DNA of 64,000 bases from Phyllosticta citribraziliensis (taxonomy: Eukaryota), in NCBI RefSeq assembly GCF_038025025.1, contig NW_027117350.1, positions 124,001 to 188,000 on the forward strand, in the 5' to 3' direction. Shown one piece after another: positions 11,449 to 23,769 of this stretch. Below the pieces are notes generated by a model that had not been told where the DNA came from, did not search any database, and saw nothing but the letters and a program-made list of their open reading frames with translations. The number at the start of each line of letters is the position of its first letter. Position 1 is the first letter of the stretch. The position numbers were made by a program, and so were the translations under genes.

Positions 11449-13930
11449 TCAAGGCTTGGTGCGGTGGATGAACGGGTGACGCAGGGCCTCATAGGGAGTG
11501 ATGCGCTTCTCCGGATTGAGGGAAAGGCACTTATCCAAGAAATCATGGAAGAGGTTGACTTCCTTGAGTTCAGCATCTGTCAGCCCCTTGGAGCTTCCAA
11601 TGAGGCGAGACTTGAGGTCCCTGGTTGGCTTCGTGAAGTTGACCATGCGAATGACATCCTTTCCAAAAATTAGCCAGGATCAACGAAAGAATTCTTGGTG
11701 CTTACCTTGTTTGTGATCTTGTCCGTTTCCACGCTCCTAAAGAGGTTCAGATTCTCGTCAAAATGCTCATAGACGTAGTCCGCCCAGCCTTTTTTGAGCA
11801 ACTTGGCGCTCATCTTGCCACGGCACTCCTGGATGGAGCGAAGCATCTGGTTGTTGTCACGTCCGGTGAAGAGGATTTTGCCTGTGTAGAGCTCGAAGAG
11901 GGTGCAGCCAATGGCCCAAGTATCGATTCCATAGTCGTGTGGGATCCCGAGCATAATCTCAGGCGCGCGATAGAAGCGACTCACCAGTAGGCCGGCAGGC
12001 ACTTCGCATTCGGAAATGTCCATGGCGGAGCCAAGATCGCAGATTTTGAGAACATTACGTGTGTCGTTGACCAGCATGTTGTCGGGCTTGATGTCAGCGT
12101 GGACAACGGTGCACTTGCGCAACAGACTCAAAGCAACAAACATCTGCTGCGCATAAGAGCGGACAGCCTTGAGGTTGAGCCCGACGTCACGACCGAACTT
12201 TTTAAGCACCTCTCGAAGATTGACGCTCAAGTGCTCGAATACCATGCACAAGTGATGTTTGTGATCGAACCAGCGCAGCATGCGGATGCAATGGCGCTTG
12301 TCGTCCGGATCGTGGTCTGCCAACTTCTCCAGCGTCTCGATCTCCTTAACTCCAGCCTTCCTCAAGACTTCGTCATTGCGGATGATTTTGATGGCAACGA
12401 GGGTATTGGTCTGGACATCTCTCGCGCGCACGACTTCGGAAAACACACCCTTTCCAAGTCTGGCCTGGACTTCGTAGCGGTCGTCGAGCAGCTCATTGAG
12501 AATCACCTTGTAATAGCCTTGGTGGTCGTCCCAGACATCAAGCATACTGCTGTCCAGTTTCTTTACCTGCGGTGCCTTGCCAGACTCGCTAGGATTGGCA
12601 ATGGGCTTGGAGGTTGTCTCTTCAGCAAACATGTCGTCATCGTCGTCTTCGGCAAACATGTCGAACTCGTCTTTGGGCTTGGGCTTCGAAGTCTCCTGAG
12701 ACTTGGGCTCAGGCTGCTGCTCATTTTCTTGAGCTTCTGCCTTTTGGTGGGCTTCGCGGATATGCTGCTGTTGTTCGACGCGAGCTCGGTCCTCGTTCAT
12801 GTCAGCAGTCGGGTCGTAGTCGGCCGCCGACGGCTCGTCCCTGTCGGTCGAATTATCCTCAATGCGTCTGCGATTTGCAAGGTCTTCGTCCTGTTGCACC
12901 TGGACAGCCGGCGGAGAGCCGGGGTTAGAGCCGTCGGGAGTGATGGGCGATGAGTCCATTGGGGAAACTGTAAAAATCAGCACCCACGCCCGTCTGTTTC
13001 CTGCTTTGTACCGACCTGATCTCGCCGGACGGCTGTCAGAGCTCTCGTCTTTCGGAGTTGCTGGATTCGACTCATTTCCCAAATGAAGGGCTTGAACAAG
13101 CAAAGGCGTGGATTGACCCTTGTACTTAGCTTTGATGGCCTCGCGCCGCTTGCGACGTTCTTCGATCAGGGCTGCTTCATCAACGGGCTGGACTTGAGCT
13201 GGGGCTTGGTCATTCGCTGGCTCTTCAGTCGGCCTGAGCTCTGTTAGCTGAATTCTGGCACCCATCCAAAGGGCACTTACCGGTCTGTCTCTGATCGCAT
13301 GTCTTGCGAGGGTACGTCTCGTCCCGCGGCACTGCGATGGTCTGCTCTTTGAGGTGGCCTGTTGGTCCCTGGAAACTCGCGCGAGCGCCATTCTGCATCT
13401 TTTTCATGGTCGTGACGTCTACGGTCTCGTTTGTCATACGAATCGTACCGGCCGTTGCGGAAGTCGGAGGGGGGCTGTCCGCCTCTCATGTGTGGGCGGG
13501 ATGGCGGAGAGCGGCTTCGATGTCCCCGGTACCGATTGTGGTCGCGGTCGTCGTACCTGGGCGCAGGTCGCGAAGTGTCTCCTCGATCGATGTCTGCGTA
13601 GGAGACGCGGTTCCGACGGTCTTGGCTGTATGGGCGCCTATCTTCGTAGCGGACCTTGAAGCGGCGCGGGTCCTGGCGCTCACGGTCACTGTAAAAGTCG
13701 TCCTCTCGACGGCGCTTTTCTCCGCGCGGCGACCGGGCTTTGTAAGGGGAGCGGGAGCGGCGACGCTGGGAGCCATTTTCATGTGGTCCCCTGGGAGAAA
13801 GCGAAGCTGAGGCGCGGGGTCTGGATTGACGGTCAACGCTGACGCCCCTTGAGGATGGCATTGTCGAACTAGTTGCCTTGTCGACCTGTTGCTCGTGTAT
13901 TTCTCCCTCCGATTCGGATCTCGAGCTCAT
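11449..13930 (-). CDS. prp4: Prp4 serine/threonine kinase (CMGC/DYRK-related pre-mRNA splicing kinase)
   Basis: RS-rich N-terminus; WDDHQGYY, LGKGVFSEV, VAIKIIR, LREVLKKFGRDVGLNL, HADIKPDN, DLGSA, LVSRFYRAPE; last exon ends EALRHPFIHRTKP. Confidence 0.93.
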
Positions 13931-15087
13931 GATAGGAGTGGGGAAACTGTGGGAAGGCGGTTGTAGGTGAGGCAGGTTAGCTTGCGTCTCCACTCTGAAA
14001 GCAGGCTTGACAGAAGTCGAACCAGCGATGATAGCCCTCTCCTTGCTCCTGAGCGACAGCCAAGGCGATCGCGATCGCGGCACAAGAGACGGAAGGACGA
14101 ACGAGGGTAGCTGCTCGAAAGCGCCACAGAAGCTCAGGTAGGTAAGGTACAAGTGGTGTGAAGGAGCAAAGGACTGCCGGAGGACGTTTGCTGAAGATGT
14201 GGAACGGCTACACAGCTCTTGCCCCAAGACGCGACCCAATGGAATGGCCTCGCAGTCGGAGCCTCAGATGCCGAAGTTCCGATGGTGGTGGTCCGAGCGC
14301 CTTACGAAACATGGTGCAGAGAGGCAAGCTTCCCCAATTTGGCAGGATGAACAACCATCCTCGTGGGCTCATCATGTTGAACTTCAAAGCTTTTTAACAG
14401 AAAGATGCAAGAGCAAAGTACTGAGTGAAAATAGTGAGCAAGGATTTGACAAGCAAAGCGCGCAGGGCGAAGATACTCATATTGCAGGTGAAGATGGACT
14501 CTTTGGGGATGGGGTGTTTTCAAGCCAGCTGCCAGCTGTCAAGATTCGTTGACAAGTTCAAGTTGGGCGGTGTGAAGATTGAGGAAAAAAGCTGGTTGGA
14601 GATCAAAGTGCAGAAGGCGAATCTGGGTCCACACGCCAACCCATTGCTAGTCCAAAGCAACGGCGGATACTCATGCAAAGAAAAAATCCATCATGGAAAG
14701 GAGAAGGTCACAGCGACAGGTGCCTCCGAGCATCCTGTATTCAATCTGTCAAACAAAACGCGTCCTTCATTACGCTGCTCACGACATGGACTACAACAAT
14801 GATGCAGATGCGGGCAACCGCGGCCCTCAACTTCGACGCTCTGTTTGAGCTTGCAGAGAATCTTCACATCGCATAAACACCAACTACCGGAAATGAACCA
14901 CCGAGTAGGGAAACAGCGCTCACCGGCAAATGGCCTGCAACGCCCAAGTCCTTCACTTCAAAAGATCTCCACCACCACGCACCCCCGGTGTCTGGAACTC
15001 CTCTGGCATGGCCTTCCATGCCATTACATCACCCAGAACACCAAAAAGCGACATCCCGATGCCGTTCAAGGGCGCAAAAAGAAACCG

Positions 15088-15184
15088 CGACGCGGATGGG
15101 ACTCGAACCCACAATCTTCGCCAAACACTCTTTGGGAGCTCTCCGTGGCCGGAAAGCGACGCCTTACCATTAGGCCACCGCGCC
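15088..15184 (-). tRNA. tRNA-Arg(CCG) with a 25-nt intron after position 37
   Basis: Minus strand folds as GGCGCGG acceptor / GCCT-AATGGTA-AGGC D-arm / TCGCT-TT-CCG-G-[intron]-T-GGCGA anticodon arm / GTGGG-TTCGAGT-CCCAT T-arm / CCGCGTC-G. A T5 Pol III terminator follows (15076-15080). Confidence 0.93.
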
Positions 15185-16566
15185 GATTTATGGAGAAGGT
15201 TCCAACTTATAGTGTTTATGGCTATCTATTTTTGATCTGGAAAAGTTGGGACCCGCACTGCACTTTGACGGAGCTCTTTGCAATTCCCCTCGCGCACACT
15301 GAAATATCATTCCCATCCTGTGGAGTAACCAACGGACTTCAGCTTTGGGTGGACAAGCAGTTGCTCGATCTGAAGCTGACTTCCGCGTGTTTTCGGACGC
15401 GCGGGGAAGCCCCACCAAGGTATGTGAGCTACCCCGCATCCAAAATCCAGGGACGCGACGCGACCATGAAGATGTCAAACACTTCGGCGCCGTTGCTCAT
15501 CAGCATGCAGTTCGCGTCCCTCAGCCAATCGTCAACGTCCAGCAAATGCTCTAGATCCGGAGAGGGCGTTGCATTGCGTGCCTCGTCTCACAAGCCGCGG
15601 AAAAATTGCTTTTCCTCCACTTGATTGCTCTTTTTTTTGCTTCAACTGTGGCTCTTCGGGAGCATTCGACCACGGCGCTGACGCTTGTGGGGACTTGATG
15701 TAGAACCATGTAGTAGCGACTAGGACAAGAATTTGGAGCTCGCCCTGTCTTGTCCCGCTCTATCAATTCATGTAGACCACTGGCAAGTTCCGGGAGGTCG
15801 AGTGGACCAATCAGGGACACCAGTTTTTCTTCTTTTTTCAAATCGCTTGGTAGACATGCACTGCTGAAACAGAAACCATGCAAGGTCTTATCAACCCAGA
15901 ATCTGCAGGGGAAGGTTGAAGTTGTGTTTCAGGTGCGGGTATGACGCGGGTGTGAGTATTCGATTATTCCCGGCCGCCTCATCATAATCCGAAAAAGTAT
16001 TCCATCAATGCAAGTCAGTGAAGTCCAGGATAGCATTGCCCGGCTGCAAGCATGCGAACACAGCACGCGAACACAGCACATGGGATTATCTTACCGAAAA
16101 AACTGGAATTGTAAACGAAGGGAGAGTAAACTGTACCGCACCAACCCTGAAAACCTTCGAAAACCTCGATTTGTGTACTCCCCATAGGCAGAAGGAGCAA
16201 TTGCTGACGAACGCTGGACTTGCCGAACGGACCATTCAAACAAACGGATGGTGCCCCTCCAGTCAACTCAACGACGCGCGGGTGTATTTATACAGTGGTA
16301 TCGAAATCAAAGGGTGCGCCAACCAGCCAACCAACCAAAGTCATGCCACGACGCCGAATTACAAAAAGACAGTGGAACTTTTCGTCCCCTAACACAGCAG
16401 CTAGTAACGAGATGTGACTTGCCGAAAACAAGAGTCGGTCGAGTAAAGCAAGCTGGTGACACAGCCACAAAGTCCATAGTCGATCATTACTGGCTGGATT
16501 TTCAGAATGGAAACTTTTCGGTTCTCTTTTTTGTCGCAGATTTGCAAGGGCAGTAGTGAGCGACAC

Positions 16567-18237
16567 TCAAGCACAGGTAGAGGGCTTTAACAAGGCATTG
16601 TCATTGTGGCCTTGAATCTTGGTGAGATCCGTATCACTGTGGCAGGGAGTGCGCATCAAAGGGGTCGGGGCGGGTGGATGCATTTCAGGGTCGGGCGTGT
16701 CCGGAGGGTGCGCAGGCATCTCAAAGGTGTTGGTGCGAGTAAGCTTGCGCTGGTCGCGCATTTCGCTGTGGGCAGCGAGCGTCTTGAAACCGCCCTCGTT
16801 GCGATCCTCCTGCTTTTGCGGCCACAAAATCTGGCGCGTCACGACGGCGCGGATCATCATCGAAAAAACAAAAAACCAGGTTACAATCAGGCCGCAGGTT
16901 AGGACGCAGCCGATGATTTGGAGCGCGCGGTTGTTGTCCAGGGCTTTGGCGACGGCAAAAGTGGCCGTCGTCAGCGCCGTGTTGGGGAAGACGAACGAGT
17001 ACCAAGTCATGGCAAAGTCCATGCGGCGGCGCGTCGCGGGAGCCCAGTGAGCGCCGACCGAGACGAAGAAGAACCACATGGCCAGGCCCCAGAGCCAGAT
17101 GCCGATCCAATTGGCCAGGACACGGCTGATTTGGCCAGTAAGATGGCCGTCGCCCATGAAGTCGGCCGGGACGCATTTGGGAAGCATATTGCCCATGTTG
17201 ACGATGCCAGAGACGGTAAAGCCCGAGGGACCGACACTGATGAACATACCGGGACGCAGTGACTCGCGGGGCAGTTTTTGCGTCATCAGACGGTACATGA
17301 AGGCGGCATAAATCATGGTCGATACCATGAAGCCGATGCCCTGGAGAATGGTACCACCAATGATGATGTCGAGGGCGCGGAGGCCTCCAGTCTTTTGAGC
17401 CAAATTGCCAGCGTGGGGACCGGTGATGAGGAGGGGGTAGGCGGGGAAGATCCATATGGGCGTCATTTGGGAAATGGTAAAGGTCGTCGTCGACCACCTG
17501 AACAGTCAGCTTGATACTACAAACGAGCAGAGCCAAAGTGACTTACATGATGAGGTAGATGCCGACCGAAAAGACAATGGCAAGAGCGCAATAAATCCAG
17601 AAGAGTACGACCATGGCATCTTCCAGCCATTGACCAGCGGCCGGGACGCCATATTGGGAAATGTTGACCAAAATTGTACCAAAGCTGATGATGGAGGCAG
17701 GGATGAACAAATTCTCGGTCGGGTGCAAGAAGCTGGCTCGAAAGGTGTGGGGGTAGATATAGAAGCGAAGACTAATCATGACGATGTTGAATATGAAGAG
17801 AAATATGTTTAGAATGAAAAAGATGCAGCCAATGGCAAAAAGACCAGGGAAGCGGAGGGGGACTAGCGGCAGTCAGTTGAGTTACAATGAAGCTCGCGGA
17901 TGCACGCAAATCACACAACCCGCGCACCTGAATACAAGACATTTGCAATGCCGCCAGTGGCCATGGTCATGCAGAACCAAGTCCATGTAAAGTGTCTGAT
18001 GCGTTCTCTGAAGCCGAGCTTCTGGTCAAAGTGGGCCTTTTCGTTGGCCTCTTGGCCGACTTGGAAACCGTTCCGGAGAATCATTGGCGTGGCCGCATGA
18101 GAACTGTGATGGGATCCAGGGGACTTGGAAATGGCCGGAGAGTTGTCATGATGGAGGGAGGAGCGAGAAGCCGAAGGGTTGGAGCGGAGGGTCATGTTGG
18201 CGCTCAGACTCGGATATGGTTGCAGAGGCTCGGCCAT
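16567..18237 (-). CDS. mae1: C4-dicarboxylate/malic acid transporter (SLAC1/TDT family, Mae1-like), multi-exon
   Basis: ERIRHFTWTWFCMTMATGGIAN, SFLHPTENLF, MTPIWIFPAYP, RPGMFISVGPSGFT, WYSFVFPN; multiple TM segments. Confidence 0.9.
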
Positions 18238-18420
18238 ATCACGGATCAGACCTGCTCGCAATCAAGTGGGGCGAGTGGTGGAGCGAGAGAAGACCGACAT
18301 GCGGACAGCAGTTGGCGGATCAAAGGCCGGCCGCCAGTCGGAGAAAAGAGAGAGAGCGAGAGTATATAGCGGTAGGCGAAGGAAGAGGATGGGAGAGGAT
18401 GGGGAAGCGGAGATGAGATG

Positions 18421-18422
<2 letters not shown>

Positions 18423-18461
<39 letters not shown>
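18423..18461. repeat. (GA)n microsatellite, about 15 perfect units plus a degenerate tail
   Basis: GAGAGA tract seen directly in the divergent mae1/thiolase intergenic region. Confidence 0.95.
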
Positions 18462-18778
18462 GGAGAGGAGCTGGAGGACGTGCAACAAGAAGCATGATGA
18501 TTGTCAGTCATACGGGGAACCCGGTCGAGTGTGACGCCACTGGGAATAAGACGATTGGAGCTGTCGTCGACGATGGGTGAAGAGAGTTTTCGCGGACGAG
18601 CACACAGAGCCGCGTTCCCGGAAGAGGTCAAGCCAGGCACGCCCTGAAACTGCCGACCTCTTCTCCGCATCCCGCACCCGCCGCGGACCCCATCCGCAAC
18701 CCTCGATACGATGCCCGCGACCATGGCCCATACAAATTGCCCCGACTCCCCCAGCTTATTCCCGTAACTCTCTCCGCC

Positions 18779-20085
18779 ATGGCTGGCTTCATTCAAAGAG
18801 GTGCCAAAAACATCCTTGCCAAGTCGCCCAACGACGTCGTCTTCCTGTCCGCTCTGCGCACCCCCGTCACACGCGCCAAGAAGGGCGCCCTCAAAGATGC
18901 CCACGACCACGAACTGCTAGCCGCCGTACTATACTCTCGCCCGTCCGTTGTGGCCCGCCGTTGATTGCGCTGACACGGCTCGTCGCACAGGTCCTCAAGG
19001 CAACCCTCGAGAAGCATCCCAATCTCGATCCCTCCAAGGTCCAAGATGTCCACGTCGGAACCGTTCTGGCCGAGCTGGGCGGCTCCAAGGCGGGACGCAT
19101 GGCCCTCAATCACGTCGGCTACCCCGCCACCACATCTCTCCAGACCGTCAATCGCGCATGTAGTTCCGGTCTGGCAGCAATCACCGGCATAGCCCACAGC
19201 ATCGCCGTCGGCCAGATCGACGTGGGAATTGGCGCTGGCATGGAGAGCATGACCCGCAACTACGGCTCGAGAGCAATTCCGACTCAATTGTGGTCCGAGC
19301 TTAGAGACAGCCCCGTCAAGGATGCCAGAGACTGCATTATGAACATGGGTCTTACCGCAGAAAACGTCGCCGAGAGGTATCGAGTAAATAGACAAGACCA
19401 AGACGCCTTTGCCGCCCACTCGCAGCAAAAGGCCGCCAGGGCTCAGAAATCGTCCCTGTTTGACGCCGAAATCGTTCCCGTCAGGACGCGCACCATTCCA
19501 AACCCCGAAGTCCCGGAAGACACGCAAGACATCATAGTCAGGGAAGATGACGGCATCAGGCCGACGACGACCGTCGAAAAACTGTCCACCATGAAGCCCG
19601 CATTCAAGCCCGACGGAACCTCGACAGCCGGCAACAGCTCCCAAGTCTCGGACGGTGCCGCAGCCGCTCTCATGATGCGCCGCAGCACTGCTCAGGCCCT
19701 GGGTCTGTCCGGCGCCATCATTGGCAAGTGGGCAGGCACTCAAGTCGTTGGCTGCGCCCCAGACGAAATGGGAATCGGTCCTGCCCTGGCCATTCCCAAG
19801 CTGCTCGACTACACGGGCGTGAAAACGGAAGAAATCGGCATCTGGGAAATCAACGAAGCCTTTGCCAGCCAGGCCTTGTACTGCATCCGCGAGCTAGGAA
19901 TCTCCGAAGAAAAGGTCAATCCCAAGGGCGGTGCCATTGCGCTAGGACACCCTCTAGGTGCCACGGGAGCACGGCAGTTGGCGACGCTGCTGCCCGAGTT
20001 GGAGAGGCAAGGCCAGGAGTTTGGCGTCGTGAGCATGTGCATAGGCACAGGCATGGGCATGGCGAGCTTGATAGTGCGCGAGTAG
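18779..20085 (+). CDS. 3-ketoacyl-CoA thiolase
   Basis: MAGFIQRGAKNILAKSPNDVVFLSALRTP, intron at about 18926-18990, active-site NRACSSG, NEAFA, GHPLGATG and CIGTGMG motifs. Confidence 0.93.
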
Positions 20086-20161
20086 GCCGTTGGTTATTAG
20101 AAAGCAAGGCCTCGGAAATCAAATCATGTCAGACCACCAGAAATACTCCCTGTCTTCCCCG

Positions 20162-20788
20162 CTATTTCTTCTTCTTCTTCGCCCGCTCCTCCAGGACCTC
20201 GTCCAAAAAGGTCATTCTCTTCTTTTTGCGCTCTGGTGTTGTCCTCGATTGTGATGCCTTGCCCTTGACCTCGTCGTCAGATTCGTCCGAGTTGGCGTTT
20301 CGTGTCTCGACGGGCGACTTCCTTGGCCTCTTCGACTTGAACATGGCGGCGCGTCCTTCCTCATCGTCGCTATCGTCTTGCTTGGGAGCAGGCCTCTCTG
20401 GCTTCTTCGGGGCGGGTCGTGGTACCGGAGCCTTCTTGTCCATCGCCTGGGCGCGTAGAGCACCCTTGGGTAACAGCATCTTCGCCAATTCCTTGTTGGA
20501 GGAGAGGTGTTGTCGTCTGAAGCTTCCGTCTGCAATCTCTTTTGGAATCTCAGCACCTACGCCGTGACTGTCCGGAGTCAGCAAAATCCACGCGAAACCC
20601 CAGTCGACGCACAGTTCGGGCTCAGGCGTAAACAGGGCTGCGTCGTCTTGCAGCATCGGCTCCTGCGACTTTTCCGTTTCTGCAGCGGGCCGCGAGGGGA
20701 GCCATGACGAAATCAGAGCTAGGCTGCGCGCCGACGCGACGTTCGCCTTGTTGTAGACGACCTCGTCTGGGCGCACCGTGGCAGGCAT
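20162..20788 (-). CDS. Small basic conserved fungal protein, probably DUF3245-like
   Basis: NKANVASARSLALISSWLP, GVGA, DSDDEEGRAAMF and FLDEVLEERAKKKK motifs. An in-frame intron (gtgcgt...ctgac...cag) lies at about 20567-20611. Confidence 0.7.
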   Translation of the reverse strand: MPATVRPDEVVYNKANVASARSLALISSWLPSRPAAETEKSQEPMLQDDAALFTPEPELCVDWGFAWILLTPDSHGVGAEIPKEIADGSFRRQHLSSNKELAKMLLPKGALRAQAMDKKAPVPRPAPKKPERPAPKQDDSDDEEGRAAMFKSKRPRKSPVETRNANSDESDDEVKGKASQSRTTPERKKKRMTFLDEVLEERAKKKKK

Positions 20789-20990
20789 TGTTTGGTGGTG
20801 AGGTGGTTTGGTGTCGGAGGCTGAGTGACGACAAATCCCGGCCCTTTGATTCACGCCCGCCGCGGCGCTCGAGCCTCGTCTTGGCGCAAAAGCTCCGCAA
20901 CACTTGCAACCCTATCATCAAGCATCTATCTCAAAGCAAACCCTCCTTCTCATCCCCTCCTCCCCGCCTCTCCTCTCCCCTCTTGCAACC

Positions 20991-22563
20991 ATGTACAAGC
21001 TTGCGCGCGCCGGTCGCCCCATGGCCGCGGCCCTCAGGGCCTCTGCCGTGAGTTCCCCGCCTCGAGGCTGCTCCCGCCAAAGCTGTCAATGGAGCTTCAG
21101 CTTGGAACACCCACTGACAAAGCCCAGGAGACTCCCCTCAAGCGCTCGGTCATCCAGCAGACCCGCAACCTCTCGATACACGAGTACCGCTCTGCTGGCC
21201 TCCTCGAGACCGTACGATCCCCGAGACAAGACCGTCCCTCCTCCACCGCTAACATCCCGTAGTATGGCATTGGTGTTCCCAAGGGTGCCGTCGCGAAGAC
21301 GGCGCAAGAGGCAGAGACTGTCGCCAAGTCCATCGGTTGGTGTTGTCTATGCGCAAGATGAATACATGGCTGACGTTCAAAGGGGGGGATGACATGGTCA
21401 TCAAGGCCCAGGTCCTTGCCGGCGGTAGAGGAAAGGGAACTTTTGACAACGGTTTCAAGGGCGGAGTCAGGGTCATATACTCGTGAGACGCTCTCCGAGA
21501 AATGTCCAGACGCACACATCAGCTGATATCACGGCTCTCCAGACCCACCGAAGCCCGCATCCTTGCGGAGCAAATGATCGGCCACAAGCTCATCACCAAG
21601 CAGACTGGTGCCAGTGGCCGTCTCTGCAACGCCGTCTACATTGTGGAGCGCAAGTTTGCGCGCCGCGAGTTCTACCTCGCCGTCCTCATGGACCGTGCGA
21701 GCCAGGGCCCCGTCATTGTTGCCTCGTCTCAGGGTGGCATGGACATTGAGGCTGTAGCCAAGGAGAACCCCGAGGCCATCATCACCACCAAGGTCGACAT
21801 CCACAAGGGTGTGACGGACGAGATGGCCCGCGACATTGCCACTCAGCTCGGTTTCTCTGAGCAGTGCATCGAGGACGCCAAGAACACCATCCAGAAGCTG
21901 TACCAGGTCTTCATGGAGAAGGATGCCACTCAGATTGAAATCAACCCCCTGTCCGAGACGACTGACCACCAGGTGCTGGCCATGGACGCCAAGCTCAACT
22001 TTGACGACAACGCCGACTTCCGCCAGAAGGACGTCTTCGAGTGGCGCGACGTCACCCAGGAGGACCCCGACGAGGTCAAGGCTGCCCAGTCCGGCCTCAA
22101 CTTCATCAAGCTCGACGGCGACATTGGCTGCCTGGTCAACGGCGCCGGTCTCGCCATGGCCACCATGGACATCATCAAGCTCAACGGCGGCCAGCCGGCC
22201 AACTTCCTCGACGTCGGCGGTGGCGCGACCCCCGAGGCCATCAAGCAGGCCTTTGACCTCATCACCTCGGACCCCAAGGTGACGGCCATCTTTGTCAACA
22301 TCTTCGGTGGTATCGTCCGCTGCGACGCCATTGCCAAGGGTCTCATCTCCGTCGTGCAGAGCATGAATCTGCGCACGCCCGTCATTGCCCGTCTGCAGGG
22401 CACCAACATGGAGGCGGCGCACAAGCTCATCAACGAGTCCGGCCTCAAGATCTTCTCCATCGACGACCTGCAGAGCGCCGCCGAGAAGTCGGTCCAGTTC
22501 TCCAAGGTTGTCAAGATGGCGCGCGACATTGACGTCGGCGTCGAGTTCACCCTCGGCATCTAA
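20991..22563 (+). CDS. LSC2: Succinyl-CoA ligase beta subunit, mitochondrial
   Basis: Mitochondrial presequence, [61 protein letters not shown]; strong codon bias. Confidence 0.96.
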
Positions 22564-23769
22564 GCGCAGCAGTAGTTGTTGCTGGGGTTTCCATGGCGGC
22601 GGCAAGCGGCAGCAGCAGCAGTGGCGGCAACACTTTCCGGTTGGGAGGATCGCTTGTTTGCGGGATTGGGGTGTTGTTTAGATTCCCTATCTTCTCTTTT
22701 TGGTCGGCGCCGAGAGCGAGCGTTATACATGGCTTGTAAATTCCGTAACCCAGACCGGCATTTATTCCTTCCTACCACCACAAGTGAGGCATATGGTGGC
22801 TGCCATGTGGACGCCGATCTCCATTGCTCGTCGTTCCGGGGACGCGACAAGATGGCATTCCAATGACGAGACATGACTTTGAAGAATACAGCAGAGACAC
22901 CGACTGTGTACATACTCACCCCGTGCCCACGTACCATCATACCTAACCACCCACCGTATGAGTATGTGGAACCAGCATTCCCTCTTGTACATGGTAGCAA
23001 AAGAATCATATCACGACACTTTGCTTACTTCCTGCTCTCTACACTTTTGTTGAAGCCTTGAAATAAAGTAACAGAAGGCGCACAGCATTGGTCAAGATTC
23101 GTTGCTCATTGCGTGCCTGCTACAGCTAGAAAATGCCAACTTAGCCACCCGCATAACACATCTGCCCTTGTCTCTCCGCTCCCAACCAAACATGGCTACC
23201 GCCCCACTCAGGTCGTAAGAGTAAATCCAGAAAGAAAGAAAAAAAGAGTACCCAGTTATTTTTGGTTGCCGAGCTCCATCCTCCCCCGTCATAAAGAACC
23301 GACGACTCAGATACTTCTCTCTACTTACTATCCGTATACGTTGCAACAACAAGAATCAAGACAGACAGAGCGTTTGACCAGAAAGAGAAGAAACAAGAGA
23401 CCAGCTGGAACCCGTTCATCAAGGACCCACGAGGTCCACCCTTTGCATGTCGTTACCTACGGATGATGCCTCGCACTTGTGTTGCCGCTTTTGCTGCGCG
23501 GCAGTCGTATCTTGCCCCTTTTCTTTGTTTTCCCCTGATTGACCAGAACCAATTCTTCATCCCATTAATCCGTCAATCGTACAATCAAATCCTTGATGCC
23601 GGTCCTGCTGATTTCGACTTACCGCCCCCCCCCCCCCCTCCACTCATCACCATTTCCAGTTCCCCTTGGTCTCTTGACGCACCGGACGTGCAGGGTGGAA
23701 CATGTTGATCATGGTGGGTAGTTAGGTTCTAGACGGGTAAGCGAAATCTGGACAAGACAATTTTGGTAT

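Noticed and set aside
14158..14876. Short overlapping plus-strand ORFs divergent from prp4
   Set aside because: I could not build a consistent splice model or recognise a domain.
14845..15624. 259-aa plus-strand ORF
   Set aside because: It runs antisense through the tRNA-Arg gene, lacks an ATG at the called start, and has no protein-like motifs.
21529..22605. Long antisense ORFs over LSC2 (and similarly over prp4, the thiolase, the MRJP-like gene and GAL1)
   Set aside because: Expected shadows of GC3-biased sense genes; no recognisable motifs.
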